A DNA stretch of 59,646 bases, filler included, from Sphacelaria rigidula (lineage: Eukaryota), in assembly GCA_964200075.2 (NCBI GenBank). It is 8 parts of 8 records of this genome, joined end to end, with 100 filler letters (N's around TTAATTAATTAA, not from the genome) between each part and the next. Parts side by side here need not be neighbours in the genome. Positions count along the whole stretch, not along the records: positions 52,280 to 59,646 come from CAXNAA020015230.1; 7 more parts are not named here. One strand, 5' to 3'. Every line of letters starts with the position of its first letter. Positions within the stretch are counted from its first letter, which is position 1. Under the pieces are notes generated by a model. It was not told the origin of the DNA. It did not search any database and saw nothing but the letters and a program-made list of their open reading frames with translations. Of this stretch, positions 59,179-59,646 are shown in pieces. Both the position numbers and the translations under genes were made by a program.

Positions 59179-59646
59179 GTGAGCCAGCAAGCGCTTCTTC
59201 TCTTCCATTACTAGAATGTAAAGTGAGTGGTCGGAATGCACAAACAGTTAGCGGTGCGTTCACGGTGCTTCAGCGCTGCAGCGGTACTGCGACGGCGTAT
59301 ATCTCGGCAAAACGTTACATCTTCAAGATGGAGAGGGAAGCTGGTTTTCCTCCACAACACGGCGATCGAAAGAGCGAGGTTAGCGCTCCGGCGCGTCTCA
59401 TGATATTTGCCTCCCTTCCCAATTTTTGCATGAGAGGACCGCGTGCTTAGAGAACCGCATCGGAATTTGAACACCCCTGTGGTTAGGGCCAGGGTTAGGG
59501 TTAAACACTATATTCGTGAGATTCAGAGGGTAGTTTCAGATTCAGAGTGAGACCCGAAACAATCGATTTTCCCGTTGATTTTGACATCGCCACAGCTCGA
59601 GGAGTAATGCGCCCAGCTGGTGAAGCGGTGGCCTCAATGAAAGCTG

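Overview
This is eukaryotic, intron-rich, repeat-rich nuclear DNA, not a prokaryotic locus. A brown alga or other stramenopile is the most likely source; this is inferred from the long introns, C/G homopolymer runs, TTAGGG-like motifs and the style of the Gypsy element. The window is an artificial concatenation of eight unrelated 7367-7369 bp contigs, sorted by length and joined by 100-bp N44-TTAATTAATTAA-N44 spacers, so nothing should be read across the spacers. It contains partial spliced genes for a Derlin-like protein with a very long acidic tail, a CNNM/DUF21 membrane protein, two probable protein kinases (an N-terminal part and a C-terminal part, on different contigs) and an N-terminally anchored or secreted protein. 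It also holds a decayed chromodomain-bearing Ty3/Gypsy retrotransposon and many non-autonomous elements: hAT-like with 8-bp TSDs, Tc1/pogo-like with a TA TSD, a GA..TC-ended family with 4-bp TSDs, tRNA-derived SINE-like repeats, foldbacks and a telomere-repeat-bearing MITE. The most unusual signals are (i) a family of about 13 copies, 3'-coterminal and 5'-truncated, that sits in poly-C tracts, (ii) a second PWWP/Tudor-like module after the Gypsy chromodomain, visible once a nested MITE is removed, and (iii) the acidic-tailed Derlin. I found no CRISPR array, rRNA or intact tRNA.
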